Virus record (IMG/VR): IMGVR_UViG_3300046167_000476 | Span: 813 to 64,812 of that record | Source: a virus | Lineage: Duplodnaviria; Caudoviricetes | Strand: one strand, 5' to 3' | Length of the DNA: 64,000 bases | Shown here: positions 31,438-40,312 of the stretch, piece after piece | Position numbering within the stretch: position 1 is the first letter of the stretch | Layout: each line of letters opens with the position of its first letter | Program-made: the position numbers and the translations under genes | The notes under the pieces: generated by a model | What the model was told of the DNA's origin: nothing | What the model saw: only the letters and a program-made list of their open reading frames with translations | Databases searched by the model: none

Positions 31438-31617
31438 ATGAGTTTATTCTATTGGTCAGAAGAAACTATAAGTCACTTTAAATTTATAAGTAGCTATTTA
31501 AGTAAAAAACAAACTATTCGCAAGATCGAGCTATTTGTAGAGATGGATTGTATTCCTGCAGAGGAAGAGACTGAAGACATGCTAGTGCAAGATCTAATAA
31601 GTGTAATATACAAGTAA
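31438..31617 (+). CDS. Early hypothetical protein
   Basis: ATG at 31438 (MSLFYWSEE). Confidence 0.55.
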   Translation: MSLFYWSEETISHFKFISSYLSKKQTIRKIELFVEMDCIPAEEETEDMLVQDLISVIYK

Positions 31618-31622
31618 AAAAG

Positions 31623-31664
31623 TTACAAACAAAATAATATTTCTATTGGATAATATAAATGTAA
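31623..31664 (+). promoter_or_regulatory. Early promoter motif E3
   Basis: TTACAAACAAAA-N12-TGGATAATA-TAAATGTAA. Confidence 0.8.
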
Positions 31665-31681
31665 ATAATAAATAATAAACT

Positions 31682-31876
31682 ATGCAGAAAATTAAATTTC
31701 AAAATTCAAGTACAATAAAACTCAACGGTACAACCTATAAAGGCTATACTGTAGGTAATCTACCAAAAAGATTTGCCTTCATCTATGACGAGAACAAAGA
31801 TCAAGAAGGTATTACTCAATGGTTCAACTACAAAGGTTTAACTTATGTTGAAAAATCTACTAATCCATGGGCGTAA
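31682..31876 (+). CDS. Early hypothetical protein
   Basis: 64 aa; first ORF after E3. Confidence 0.65.
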   Translation: MQKIKFQNSSTIKLNGTTYKGYTVGNLPKRFAFIYDENKDQEGITQWFNYKGLTYVEKSTNPWA

Positions 31877-32133
31877 TATCTAACCCGAGAACTATGAAAG
31901 AGCTACTAGCTTACTCGGAACTACAGAAAAAATCACGAGCAGACGGGCATAGACGTACTGTTCGAGCAAACGGTGCATGTGGTGGACTCACTGACAAAGA
32001 ATACAATAGTATTACAACTCGTCAGAAATCTAACTTCGCAAAAGCTAGAAAGTTCACCCACAGCCGTATGTGGCAAGAAACTCACAAGAAGTTTGACACA
32101 AAGCAATTATTAATAATAAAAAAGACACTATAA
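31867..32133 (+). CDS. Early hypothetical basic protein
   Basis: 88 aa coupled ORF. Confidence 0.55.
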   Translation: MGVISNPRTMKELLAYSELQKKSRADGHRRTVRANGACGGLTDKEYNSITTRQKSNFAKARKFTHSRMWQETHKKFDTKQLLIIKKTL

Positions 32134-32345
32134 TGAGTGATTCAGTAAGTAAATGGCACGAAATACAAGAAGATAAACAAACACTATCAGAAGAACATAT
32201 AGATTCTATTGCTATGCAAATGGATTTAAAGATGTGGGAAGGTTTTAGCAGTATTATAAGTAACACTTTAGAATACGAGCAAGCTATGTATATAACAGAC
32301 AGAGATATACTATTAATAAAAGAAAGAGTTAAAAAATACTTATAA
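32133..32345 (+). CDS. Early hypothetical protein
   Basis: 70 aa; TAATG coupling. Confidence 0.6.
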   Translation: MSDSVSKWHEIQEDKQTLSEEHIDSIAMQMDLKMWEGFSSIISNTLEYEQAMYITDRDILLIKERVKKYL

Positions 32346-32470
32346 TGAACGAAGAACCAGTTAAAAACCCGTGGGATTTAGTATACGAGGCGTATAAAGA
32401 TCACTATTCAAGAGAACAGATAGATGAAATGCTATTTAATGAAGTACAAGAACTAATAAATCAATTATAG
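32345..32470 (+). CDS. Small early protein (41 aa)
   Basis: MNEEPVKNPWDLVYEAY...; TAATG coupling. Confidence 0.5.
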   Translation: MNEEPVKNPWDLVYEAYKDHYSREQIDEMLFNEVQELINQL

Positions 32471-32472
32471 AT

Positions 32473-32727
32473 ATGAAAGAGTGGATGAAACAAGATACAA
32501 GAATTAACGGATGGGATTTTGAGTATGTAGAAAATGACTACGACGATAAGTTTTTTCAGTGCAGAGGAGAAGTAATGTATGACGACGAGCACGATGAAAT
32601 GCCAGAACCAAGTCTTTGGCGAGCAGCTTTGGAATTAGAGAAAAAATTGTTTGCAGATGGTTTAATTTGCGAAGCAACTCACAGTGAAAAAGGTTGGGTC
32701 GAAGTAATAATATTAAATAAAAAGTAA
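32473..32727 (+). CDS. Early acidic hypothetical protein
   Basis: 84 aa ORF. Confidence 0.6.
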   Translation: MKEWMKQDTRINGWDFEYVENDYDDKFFQCRGEVMYDDEHDEMPEPSLWRAALELEKKLFADGLICEATHSEKGWVEVIILNKK

Positions 32728-32921
32728 TGAGTAAAATGAAAGAAATAGACGAAATAGCACAAGGTATTGCTGACGTCACTAAGGAATTAATGGAAGACAG
32801 TATTGATTGGCAAATAGCAGATCAACCTGTTAACGGAGACGAGTATAACGATCTACATAGTTATGTAATGAATAAAGCTATAGAATATCTTTACAAACAA
32901 AACAAAATAACTACTGGATAA
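32727..32921 (+). CDS. Early hypothetical protein
   Basis: 64 aa; TAATG coupling; 3' end overlaps E4. Confidence 0.55.
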   Translation: MSKMKEIDEIAQGIADVTKELMEDSIDWQIADQPVNGDEYNDLHSYVMNKAIEYLYKQNKITTG

Positions 32922-32932
32922 TATATATGTAA
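32891..32932 (+). promoter_or_regulatory. Early promoter motif E4
   Basis: TTACAAACAAAA-N12-TGGATAATA-TATATGTAA. Confidence 0.8.
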
Positions 32933-32950
32933 TAAATAAAATAATAAACT

Positions 32951-33139
32951 ATGTACTGTAAATGCGGCGACGAAGTCCACCCTTATCGACTAAACTTAGG
33001 ATATAAAACATGTCCTCCTTGTTCTGAAGTAAAAAAACATTCTTATGTTCCTATTACTTACCACAAAACAGGTAATACAATTCAAATAGTAAGCCAAGAG
33101 CTAAGTGCGCTTGTACATAAATCACAGAGAAGAAGATAA
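32951..33139 (+). CDS. Small Zn-finger protein (DksA/TraR-C4-like spacing)
   Basis: CKCG...RL.LG..TCPPCS; first ORF after E4. Confidence 0.5.
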   Translation: MYCKCGDEVHPYRLNLGYKTCPPCSEVKKHSYVPITYHKTGNTIQIVSQELSALVHKSQRRR

Positions 33140-33140
33140 T

Positions 33141-33594
33141 ATGAAAACACTAACACAACACCAAGCTCACCGAAAAGAGCTAGAAGACAAATACGTAGAG
33201 TTAATGCTTGCTAAGTACCCACTACTAACTGATGTAACTACAAATACACAGCGTAGAAAATGGTACTAGAACGTTCCAACTTAACCATAAAAAGTATGGT
33301 TTATGTAAATTCGCTACATACAAATCAGGTATGGTGCGTAAAATAATAAGAAGTAGGTTTAAGGATTTATCTTGCTATCAACTAAATCCTCAAAGATCAA
33401 TAACTAATTATTATATGACACTTAGTGACAATAGCGAGTTAAATATGAGGTCTTATGTGGGTAAACAAAGAGTGAAAATAACTAACGGCCTTGCTAGATT
33501 AGTGTATCTAGAAAAATACTTAATAAAAAACTACGACTTAGACTCAGTGCAAGACGTAATCGAGGTTGATGGTGTATTATATAAAAGAATATAA
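33141..33594 (+). CDS. Early hypothetical protein with a frameshift near 33260
   Basis: MKTLTQHQ... joins the 33331-33594 ORF if one A of an A-run is removed. Confidence 0.5.
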
Positions 33595-33782
33595 ACACGG
33601 TGGAGGGCTTAGTACGGCTACGGTATTTTAAGTAGTTAAGCTAACGAAGATCTTCTAATGTGTTTATTAGTCAGCGAATAAATAACGACCGCGACAAAGT
33701 GTGGGGAATGTCTGGCGAATAGTAGAGTTTTACGGTATATAGCTCTCTCTAAATAAGAAAACCGACAACTAGGTCAGGCAAA
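33595..33782 (+). ncRNA. Candidate structured non-coding RNA
   Basis: ORF-free, GC-enriched spacer with several stems, including TGTCTGGC/GTCAGGCA, and a possible CGGT/ACCG pseudoknot. Confidence 0.4.
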
Positions 33783-33810
33783 AAATATAAATGTAATTAA
33801 ATAAATAAAA

Positions 33811-34059
33811 ATGTCAAGATTAACAATTTACGAAAGGCTAAAACCTGAAATCAAACAAGCCCTAGCTTCACAAGAAAAAAAATACAGTACTTCTGTAAGA
33901 TCAATTATAACTACGCTTAGCAGTACTAAGTTCTATAGTGACTTAAAAATATGTGACGTTAGCTCGTTATATACTTTTGCTGATATAGAGTTGCACAAAG
34001 TTTCTGCATGGGATTTTAAGTATGGTGATAACATTTTAATATCAGAAAAAAATGACTAA
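33811..34059 (+). CDS. Early hypothetical protein
   Basis: 82 aa ORF. Confidence 0.6.
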   Translation: MSRLTIYERLKPEIKQALASQEKKYSTSVRSIITTLSSTKFYSDLKICDVSSLYTFADIELHKVSAWDFKYGDNILISEKND

Positions 34060-34708
34060 GTATATAACAGATGAGTTAATAGCTAAAAAAATGGCTGAAA
34101 AAGGTTGGATTGAAGGCTGTGACGATGAGCATGCTAGAAACCAAGTACTTGTACACTATGAGTGTGAAGTAACTGATCAATGGCAAAACCCTGACTTTAG
34201 TGTATACGAAGAATCAACAGCTGATGGTTACTCTGTGTGGATTGCTACTGCTAATGACAAAAGTATAAATGTTAGTGAAGATGTATACTACTACGAAAAC
34301 GAACTTACAGACGTATTATACGAAGCTATACCTGATTACAGCAATATATACTGTGACAACTACGACTTTGTTGAAGACGCTATTACTAGACACTATGAAG
34401 ATTTAATGTGTAGAATAGAAGATGAAACTATAGATGAATTGCTTGATGAAGGCTACAACCATAAAATAACTGACCCTATAAATACACTGCAATACATAGA
34501 GATGATCTCTCAAGATTGTAGTTTTTTAGACGGTAGCTCAAGAGCTATAAATCTAACAGTAGATGAAGACTATAGGTACTTAAACTATGCTAGTCAAATA
34601 ATTAAAGACAGAGCCAGGTATGAGATTGTAGCTAATCATTATGGTCTAACTATCGAAAGAGCTGTTAAAGGTGAATTAATATTTAAAGAATTAAAAAATG
34701 AAAACTAA
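34052..34708 (+). CDS. Highly acidic hypothetical protein
   Basis: 218 aa, Asp/Glu/Tyr-rich. Confidence 0.65.
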   Translation: MTKYITDELIAKKMAEKGWIEGCDDEHARNQVLVHYECEVTDQWQNPDFSVYEESTADGYSVWIATANDKSINVSEDVYYYENELTDVLYEAIPDYSNIYCDNYDFVEDAITRHYEDLMCRIEDETIDELLDEGYNHKITDPINTLQYIEMISQDCSFLDGSSRAINLTVDEDYRYLNYASQIIKDRARYEIVANHYGLTIERAVKGELIFKELKNEN

Positions 34709-34961
34709 AGAACAAACAGTACCTAAGTGGTTTAAAGGTATGATTTACGACAAAGGTGAATTAGTAACAAACCCTTTCAGTGGAGATAGCTATGAACTCA
34801 ATGGTGTTGAGCTATCAATGTATGACTTCATAATGGGTAGTCAATATGTAATGGAGGTAGCACCTAAAACAGTTACTGAAAAACAAATTAACGAGTTTCA
34901 TAAAGCATTATCTTGGTTTCGTAAGAACAACAGTGATGCGTATATGACGTTACTTGATTAA
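34698..34961 (+). CDS. Conserved phage hypothetical protein
   Basis: NPFSG...YDFIMG...WFRKNN..AYMTLLD. Confidence 0.65.
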   Translation: MKTKEQTVPKWFKGMIYDKGELVTNPFSGDSYELNGVELSMYDFIMGSQYVMEVAPKTVTEKQINEFHKALSWFRKNNSDAYMTLLD

Positions 34962-34962
34962 T

Positions 34963-34995
34963 TTACAAACAAAATTTATTCACTAATGGATAATA
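34963..34995 (+). promoter_or_regulatory. Early promoter motif E5
   Basis: TTACAAACAAAA-N12-TGGATAATA. Confidence 0.8.
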
Positions 34996-35026
34996 AACTA
35001 AATATTAACAATTAAATTAAATACTT

Positions 35027-35260
35027 ATGAACAGATTAGTTTTACCAATGCAGACTGTAGACGTTAACTCTACAGCAATTGACAGAGCAAGTTACAAGTA
35101 CGACAACTACAGACTTACTCTTACGTTTAACAACGGTGGCCGTTATAATTACGAAGGCGTACCGAACCATGTCTTTGAAGGTTTAAGATCTTCACAGTCA
35201 AAGGGTAAATTCATTAACAAGTATGTCTTACCAGTTTACAAATGTAATACTGCTAACTAA
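35027..35260 (+). CDS. KTSC domain protein
   Basis: STAI..ASY...L.LTF..G..Y.Y.GVP...F......SKGKFIN. Confidence 0.8.
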   Translation: MNRLVLPMQTVDVNSTAIDRASYKYDNYRLTLTFNNGGRYNYEGVPNHVFEGLRSSQSKGKFINKYVLPVYKCNTAN

Positions 35261-35515
35261 ATGACAGACAAAGAGTTAGACGTTTTAGCTAATAAAGTTG
35301 CTGATATTATTCTAACTGCTTTACAAAAAAAGCAAGACGAATGGGATCAGCAATTTAATATTAGTGTCGAGCAAGAGACAAAAGAGCTAGTGCTTGAAGA
35401 GATATACCACTGGAAAGGAGAATTAAAGAGAGCTGAAGAACAAGAAGATTATGCTAAAGCTGCTCTTATACACGGAAAAATAAAATACTTAGAAAATAAA
35501 ATAAAAGAATTATGA
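35261..35515 (+). CDS. UVR (UvrB/UvrC-motif) domain protein
   Basis: LKRAEEQEDYAKAALIHGKIK. Confidence 0.65.
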   Translation: MTDKELDVLANKVADIILTALQKKQDEWDQQFNISVEQETKELVLEEIYHWKGELKRAEEQEDYAKAALIHGKIKYLENKIKEL

Positions 35516-36339
35516 TAAAACCTATGCTCGCATACAAAGTAGACAAAAAACCTGTCGACTGGTCCGAGAAAGTTTTCTTACAACCTAAGCTAGATGGCGT
35601 GCGTTGTATATTTACCAAAGACGGTGCTTACTCACGTACAGGTAAGGAGTTTAAAAACGTAAGACATATAATGTATGACTTACAGGGCTTCTTCTCTAAA
35701 CATCCGTTTACAGTACTAGACGGTGAGCTTTACAACCACGCGTTAAGCAATGACTTTGAGAAAATTATATCTTTAGTTAGAAAACAAACTCCAACTGAAG
35801 ATGATATGAGAGACGCACAGCATCTTGTACAATATCATGTTTATGATACTATTGCAGAAGGTCCTGTGTATGAACAAAGATTTAATTGGCTGACTACAAA
35901 TCTACCGATAGCTGCTTCATTAACTCTTATTAAAAATACATTAGTCGAAAGTTATGACGAGGCTAAGATGTTACACAACGTACATTTAGCTCAGGGCTAC
36001 GAAGGCTCTATACTTAGACTAAATAAAAGTTACGAACAAAAACGTTCTTACAACTTACAAAAGTTCAAAGACTTTCACGACACTGAAGCTACTATTGTAG
36101 ACTACGTAGAAGGTAAAGGTAAGCGACAAGGCACACTTGGTAAGTTTATAATGCTAGATGACGAAGGTATAAGGTTTGGTTGTCCACCAGGTAAAGGCTA
36201 CAACTACAAGGATTTAGCAAACATACTCATTAACATTAATGACTACATAGGTCAGCGTGCTACCTTTACTTACTTCGAACGTACTAAGGCTAATAGCTAC
36301 AGGCATCCGTTCTTCAAAACAATTAGAAATTATGAGTAA
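35512..36339 (+). CDS. ATP-dependent DNA ligase
   Basis: KLDGVR, LDGELY, YEGSILR and KFKDF motifs. Confidence 0.9.
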   Translation: MIKPMLAYKVDKKPVDWSEKVFLQPKLDGVRCIFTKDGAYSRTGKEFKNVRHIMYDLQGFFSKHPFTVLDGELYNHALSNDFEKIISLVRKQTPTEDDMRDAQHLVQYHVYDTIAEGPVYEQRFNWLTTNLPIAASLTLIKNTLVESYDEAKMLHNVHLAQGYEGSILRLNKSYEQKRSYNLQKFKDFHDTEATIVDYVEGKGKRQGTLGKFIMLDDEGIRFGCPPGKGYNYKDLANILININDYIGQRATFTYFERTKANSYRHPFFKTIRNYE

Positions 36340-36420
36340 GTTAATATGGAAATTATATAACGAAAACATGATAAGTAAGGAAGTAGCTATGATTTTATTA
36401 GATAAACATTACGAGTAATT

Positions 36421-36911
36421 ATGAATATATTTTATTTACACAGAGATCCAGTTAAAGCTGCTAGAATACAATACAATAAGCATGTAGTTAAGATGATCTT
36501 AGAATCAGCTCAGATGCTTTGTACTGCGCATCATCATTACGACAATGACCTATGGTAGATGTTCCGTATAAGAAAGCGCATTATAATCATCCGTCAACTA
36601 TATGGTGTAGACAGAACTCACATCAATACATGTGGTTGTATAAACATATGTTAGCGTTAGGAGAAGAATATACTAAAAGATATAACAAAACACATTTAAC
36701 AATTACAAAATGCAAAGAAGTTTTAAAACATTTGCCTCTAGGCATGCCGGTGGGTACTTTTACAGAACCTCCTCAATGTATGCCGGACGAATACAAAGTG
36801 CAAGACGATAGCGTATCCGCATACTGGAATTATTACGAAAATGAAAAACATAAAATAAAGAATAAAGATGAGCAGAAAATTATACGTACACAACTTGACA
36901 ACCAATTTTAG
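36421..36911 (+). CDS. Pyrimidine-dimer DNA glycosylase/endonuclease V-like protein; frameshift near 36550
   Basis: MNIFYL...KHVVKMILESAQMLCTAH plus YKKAHYNHPSTIW. Confidence 0.75.
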
Positions 36912-36968
36912 AGGTATAAAAAATAAGATTGAAAATCTTAAAAAAAATAAAACTAATAAAAAAGGGAC

Positions 36969-37014
36969 TGTGACAACAGCCCATAAGGTTATATAGTAAG
37001 GGGCTAATGTCATA
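36969..37014. promoter_or_regulatory. Operator-like palindrome O3, overlapping the ATG of the HTH gene
   Basis: TGTGACAACAGCC-N20-GGCTAATGTCATA; the ATG at 37007 lies in the right arm. Confidence 0.75.
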
Positions 37015-37627
37015 TAAAAGAAACATAAAGTATTTAGTAAGTAGAGGCATCGTATATAGGCAAGATCCTATAAGCGATGTACCTACTGTAGATACTGACA
37101 AGTATATGTTCTTTGAAAATGGTACTTACGAATGCTATACATTGTTTAACACTAATGCTAAGATAACATCTTACAAAAGTCTTAAATGGCATTTGTATGT
37201 TTTATGGTATCTAAATACCACCATGAATCAAGATCAATTTGACAACATGGCTAAAGTTATATGTGATAAAAAAAATGGATTTGTTACCTTTGATATTAGC
37301 TCTTGGCACTATGAAAAAATAGTATATGATGTATTAATGAGTGATCTTGATGAACCACCTAAAAACAAATTACGTAAAGTAATATTTAAAGATCATAACA
37401 TGCTGACTGTTAGTGAGAAACTTAGTATAGTTGGCAAACTGATAGGTAAGTCTAGTAATGTAGACAGTGAAGCAATTTATCAATGTATGCTAGATATTAA
37501 TGAGTTTGGTAAAAAAATAACTATAACTAATCTTGCTAGCTTGCTTAATTGCTCAACTAGAACTATATACAGAAACATGAACAATACACTAAAGAAAGAA
37601 AAAGAATTATTAAACCAACAATTATGA
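37007..37627 (+). CDS. DNA-binding protein with a C-terminal HTH (regulator or replication initiator)
   Basis: KITITNLASLLNCSTRTIYRN HTH; start codon lies within palindrome O3. Confidence 0.65.
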   Translation: MSYKRNIKYLVSRGIVYRQDPISDVPTVDTDKYMFFENGTYECYTLFNTNAKITSYKSLKWHLYVLWYLNTTMNQDQFDNMAKVICDKKNGFVTFDISSWHYEKIVYDVLMSDLDEPPKNKLRKVIFKDHNMLTVSEKLSIVGKLIGKSSNVDSEAIYQCMLDINEFGKKITITNLASLLNCSTRTIYRNMNNTLKKEKELLNQQL

Positions 37628-37720
37628 GACAAAACTTTAATGAGTGGATGGCTAAGATAGGTAATATACATTACGCTAACGATAATTTAATGGCTAAAGC
37701 TTTTGAAAAAATAGATCAAT

Positions 37721-38500
37721 ATGAAGAAATATAATGTGCAGAATTACGTGAGATACAAAAAAGATGTTAAAACATCTATAGCAAATCTCGAAGGTAAGTT
37801 CTACGATGAGTATACTAGAGATGAACTTATAATTAAGTTCTTGCCTTTAGTAGAAAATCTAGCTAGAAAATTCTCTACATCCGATCAAGCCTCTGGTATA
37901 TTAAGTATAAATGACTTAATACAAATAGGTAGTGAAGCATTAGTAAAAGCTGTTAATAAAATAGACTGGCTTGTTATAGATGAATCACCAGATGTTGAAA
38001 AAACTTTAAAATCATTTTTAAGTAAAAGAGTTAAAGGCGCAATACGTAGAAGAATAGATATAAATAAAGGTGGTATGAGAATACCAGAACATAAACTAAA
38101 CGAAATACGTAAAAATCCAGACAATGAAGATCTAAATAAAATATTTATAACAAGTATGTTTGCTTCACTAGATAACAAACACACGAGCAAAACTAATACT
38201 TATAAGAACGACGACAACGAGATGACTTATGATGTTCCAGATGAAACTAAATCTTATAACATAGATTTAATGAATGCATACCTTATGGGTATAATGAAAC
38301 AGTACTTAAGTAACGCAGAATACGAGGTGATAAGACTAAGTTATGGAATGGACTGCGACAAGCACTCAGCTAAACAAATAGCTGTTAAATTAAATATAAC
38401 TGGAGTTAGTAATTACGTGCGAATATCTGAGATAAAAAAGGCTGCAATAGATAAATTAATAGCCAACGTAGATAGCTCGCAAGTGATTGACTTTCTGTAA
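37721..38500 (+). CDS. Phage sigma70-family RNA polymerase sigma factor
   Basis: Region 2 LPLVENLARKF...DLIQIG..AL.KAV; MRIP; region 4 LS..EYEVIRLSYG...KQIA..L...RIS.IK..AI.KL. Confidence 0.88.
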   Translation: MKKYNVQNYVRYKKDVKTSIANLEGKFYDEYTRDELIIKFLPLVENLARKFSTSDQASGILSINDLIQIGSEALVKAVNKIDWLVIDESPDVEKTLKSFLSKRVKGAIRRRIDINKGGMRIPEHKLNEIRKNPDNEDLNKIFITSMFASLDNKHTSKTNTYKNDDNEMTYDVPDETKSYNIDLMNAYLMGIMKQYLSNAEYEVIRLSYGMDCDKHSAKQIAVKLNITGVSNYVRISEIKKAAIDKLIANVDSSQVIDFL

Positions 38501-38519
38501 GTTAAGTGAAAAAATTTAT

Positions 38520-38548
38520 GTAAAACCTAAAATTAATATGTAATTATA
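38520..38548 (+). promoter_or_regulatory. Late/middle promoter motif copy (GTAAA-N15-GTAATTATA)
   Basis: Immediately after the sigma gene and upstream of the replication operon. Confidence 0.7.
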
Positions 38549-38563
38549 TATGTATAGACTAAT

Positions 38564-39115
38564 ATGAAATTAAATACTTTAAATGACAAACTGGCGTCAG
38601 TCCAGACAAGATTTAAATCGAAAAAAAGTAGATTTAATTCATTCGGCAAGTACAACTTCAGATCTGCCGAAGACATCCTAGAAGCAATAAAACCCTTTCT
38701 GTTAGAGTTAGGAGTTAGTGTAAGAATCAATGAAGAAATTATCAGTGTTGATCCATTACCAATGATGCAATCAACCGCTACAATTAGTGACGGTGATAAC
38801 GCTATAAACGCTACATCTATAGTTGGCGTAGATTTGAATCAAAAAGGTATGAATGTACCTCAGCAATTTGGTAGTGCATCTTCGTACGCAAAAAAATATG
38901 CGTTAGGTAATTTATTTCTAATTGATGACACTGCAGACAGTGATGCAACGAACACTCACGGTAAAGCACCGAAAGCTAAAAACACATTAACCTCAGAGAA
39001 AGATCCAGCTTATCCAAAAGCAGTGGATTTCATTAAAAAAGGAGGTAAGTTATCAGCTATAAAAGCTAAATACAATATCTCAAAAGAGATAGAAACTAAA
39101 TTAACAACTTTATAA
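38564..39115 (+). CDS. erf: ERF-family single-strand annealing protein
   Basis: N.FGKY.FRSAEDI and QQFGSASSYAKKYAL motifs. Confidence 0.85.
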   Translation: MKLNTLNDKLASVQTRFKSKKSRFNSFGKYNFRSAEDILEAIKPFLLELGVSVRINEEIISVDPLPMMQSTATISDGDNAINATSIVGVDLNQKGMNVPQQFGSASSYAKKYALGNLFLIDDTADSDATNTHGKAPKAKNTLTSEKDPAYPKAVDFIKKGGKLSAIKAKYNISKEIETKLTTL

Positions 39116-39116
39116 T

Positions 39117-39857
39117 ATGGACGATTTAACAAGAAAAGATATATTAGAAAAGCTTAAGATAGATGAGCATTACTATGGAGAGTTTGGTCAACAGTTTAGA
39201 AGTAACTCTGATATATCTACATTGTTAAAAAACCCTTTAGCCCTTAACCAACGTCAAGGTACTAATATTAATTTTTTAGTTGGTGGTTATTTCCACACTG
39301 CTATATTAGAGCCGGATAAACTAAAGAATTTTAAAATAGTAGAATCTACGACAAGAAATACAAAGGCTTATAAGGAGATTTCAGGTGGTGAAATGTGTCT
39401 ACTACAACACGAGGTAGACAAGACAGAGCTACTAATTGATACAATGAAACAAAACAAAGTTTGTATGGATCTAATCAATGGTATTAATGTCGAGTATGAA
39501 CAACCTGGAGTTAAACAGATTGAAGGGTTATGGTGGAAAGGTAAAGCAGATATCGTTAATCACGATGAAAAATTAGTTATTGATCTTAAAACAACAGGTG
39601 ATATATCAAAATTTAGAAGCTCAGCTTTTCGCTATAACTACGACAGTCAAGCGTACATTTATCGAAGACTGTTCGGCTATGACTTAGTGTTTATAGCTAT
39701 AGATAAGAACACACATCAAATAGGAATATTCGACTGTTCAGATGCTTTCTATGAAAGCGGTTTAGATAAAGTACAAAGAGCTGTAGAGCAGTATAAACTG
39801 TTTTACGAAACACCGGATTTCGATCCACAACAATTTTTTATTAACAAGACTTTATAA
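39117..39857 (+). CDS. PD-(D/E)xK exonuclease (RecE/DUF3799-like)
   Basis: G..FHT.ILEP, KGKAD, IDLKTT and Y..QAYIY motifs. Confidence 0.8.
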   Translation: MDDLTRKDILEKLKIDEHYYGEFGQQFRSNSDISTLLKNPLALNQRQGTNINFLVGGYFHTAILEPDKLKNFKIVESTTRNTKAYKEISGGEMCLLQHEVDKTELLIDTMKQNKVCMDLINGINVEYEQPGVKQIEGLWWKGKADIVNHDEKLVIDLKTTGDISKFRSSAFRYNYDSQAYIYRRLFGYDLVFIAIDKNTHQIGIFDCSDAFYESGLDKVQRAVEQYKLFYETPDFDPQQFFINKTL

Positions 39858-39869
39858 CAAAAGGAAATT

Positions 39870-40181
39870 ATGGCAAGTATTATTAAAGCAAACATCAACT
39901 TAAATGAAATACCTAAAGACAAAATCTACAAGGGTAAAAAAGGTAACTATCTACCAATTACAATAACAATCAACGATGAAGTTGACAACTATGGTAACCA
40001 AGGACCTGTAGTAGTAGAACAGTCTAAGGAAGAACGTGAGGCTAAAGCGCCGAAGGTTTATTTAGGTAACGTAAAGGTTGTATGGACTAATGGTGACAAT
40101 GTTGCCGCTGCTCCAAGAGATGGTCAACCGCAACAAGCGGCTCCACAGTTAACTGCTCAAGAAGATGATCTTCCGTTTTAA
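39870..40181 (+). CDS. ssb: Single-stranded DNA-binding protein
   Basis: Small beta-rich protein with an acidic EDDLPF tail, in the recombination module. Confidence 0.65.
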   Translation: MASIIKANINLNEIPKDKIYKGKKGNYLPITITINDEVDNYGNQGPVVVEQSKEEREAKAPKVYLGNVKVVWTNGDNVAAAPRDGQPQQAAPQLTAQEDDLPF

Positions 40182-40288
40182 TGTATAGAAATAACGGAGA
40201 GACAGCGTGTCAAGTATGTCATGCTGAAATGGATGTAGAAGAATTTGAATTCTGTGACATATGTCCTCATTGTAGAGATGGAGAATAA
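40181..40288 (+). CDS. Small Zn-ribbon protein (35 aa)
   Basis: CQVC...CDICPHC; TAATG coupling. Confidence 0.45.
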   Translation: MYRNNGETACQVCHAEMDVEEFEFCDICPHCRDGE

Positions 40289-40312
40289 TTAAATTAAATT
40301 AAATTAAATTAA

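Noticed and set aside
33724-33764. preQ1-I riboswitch
   Set aside because: Only the topology is similar; the loop sequence differs and no queuosine genes follow. Kept only as a generic structured-RNA candidate.
30299-34995. Repeated motif read as a CRISPR array or attC-like cassette sites
   Set aside because: Copies are 0.5-2 kb apart, bipartite with a variable core, non-palindromic and always just upstream of ATGs; no cas or integrase gene is present.
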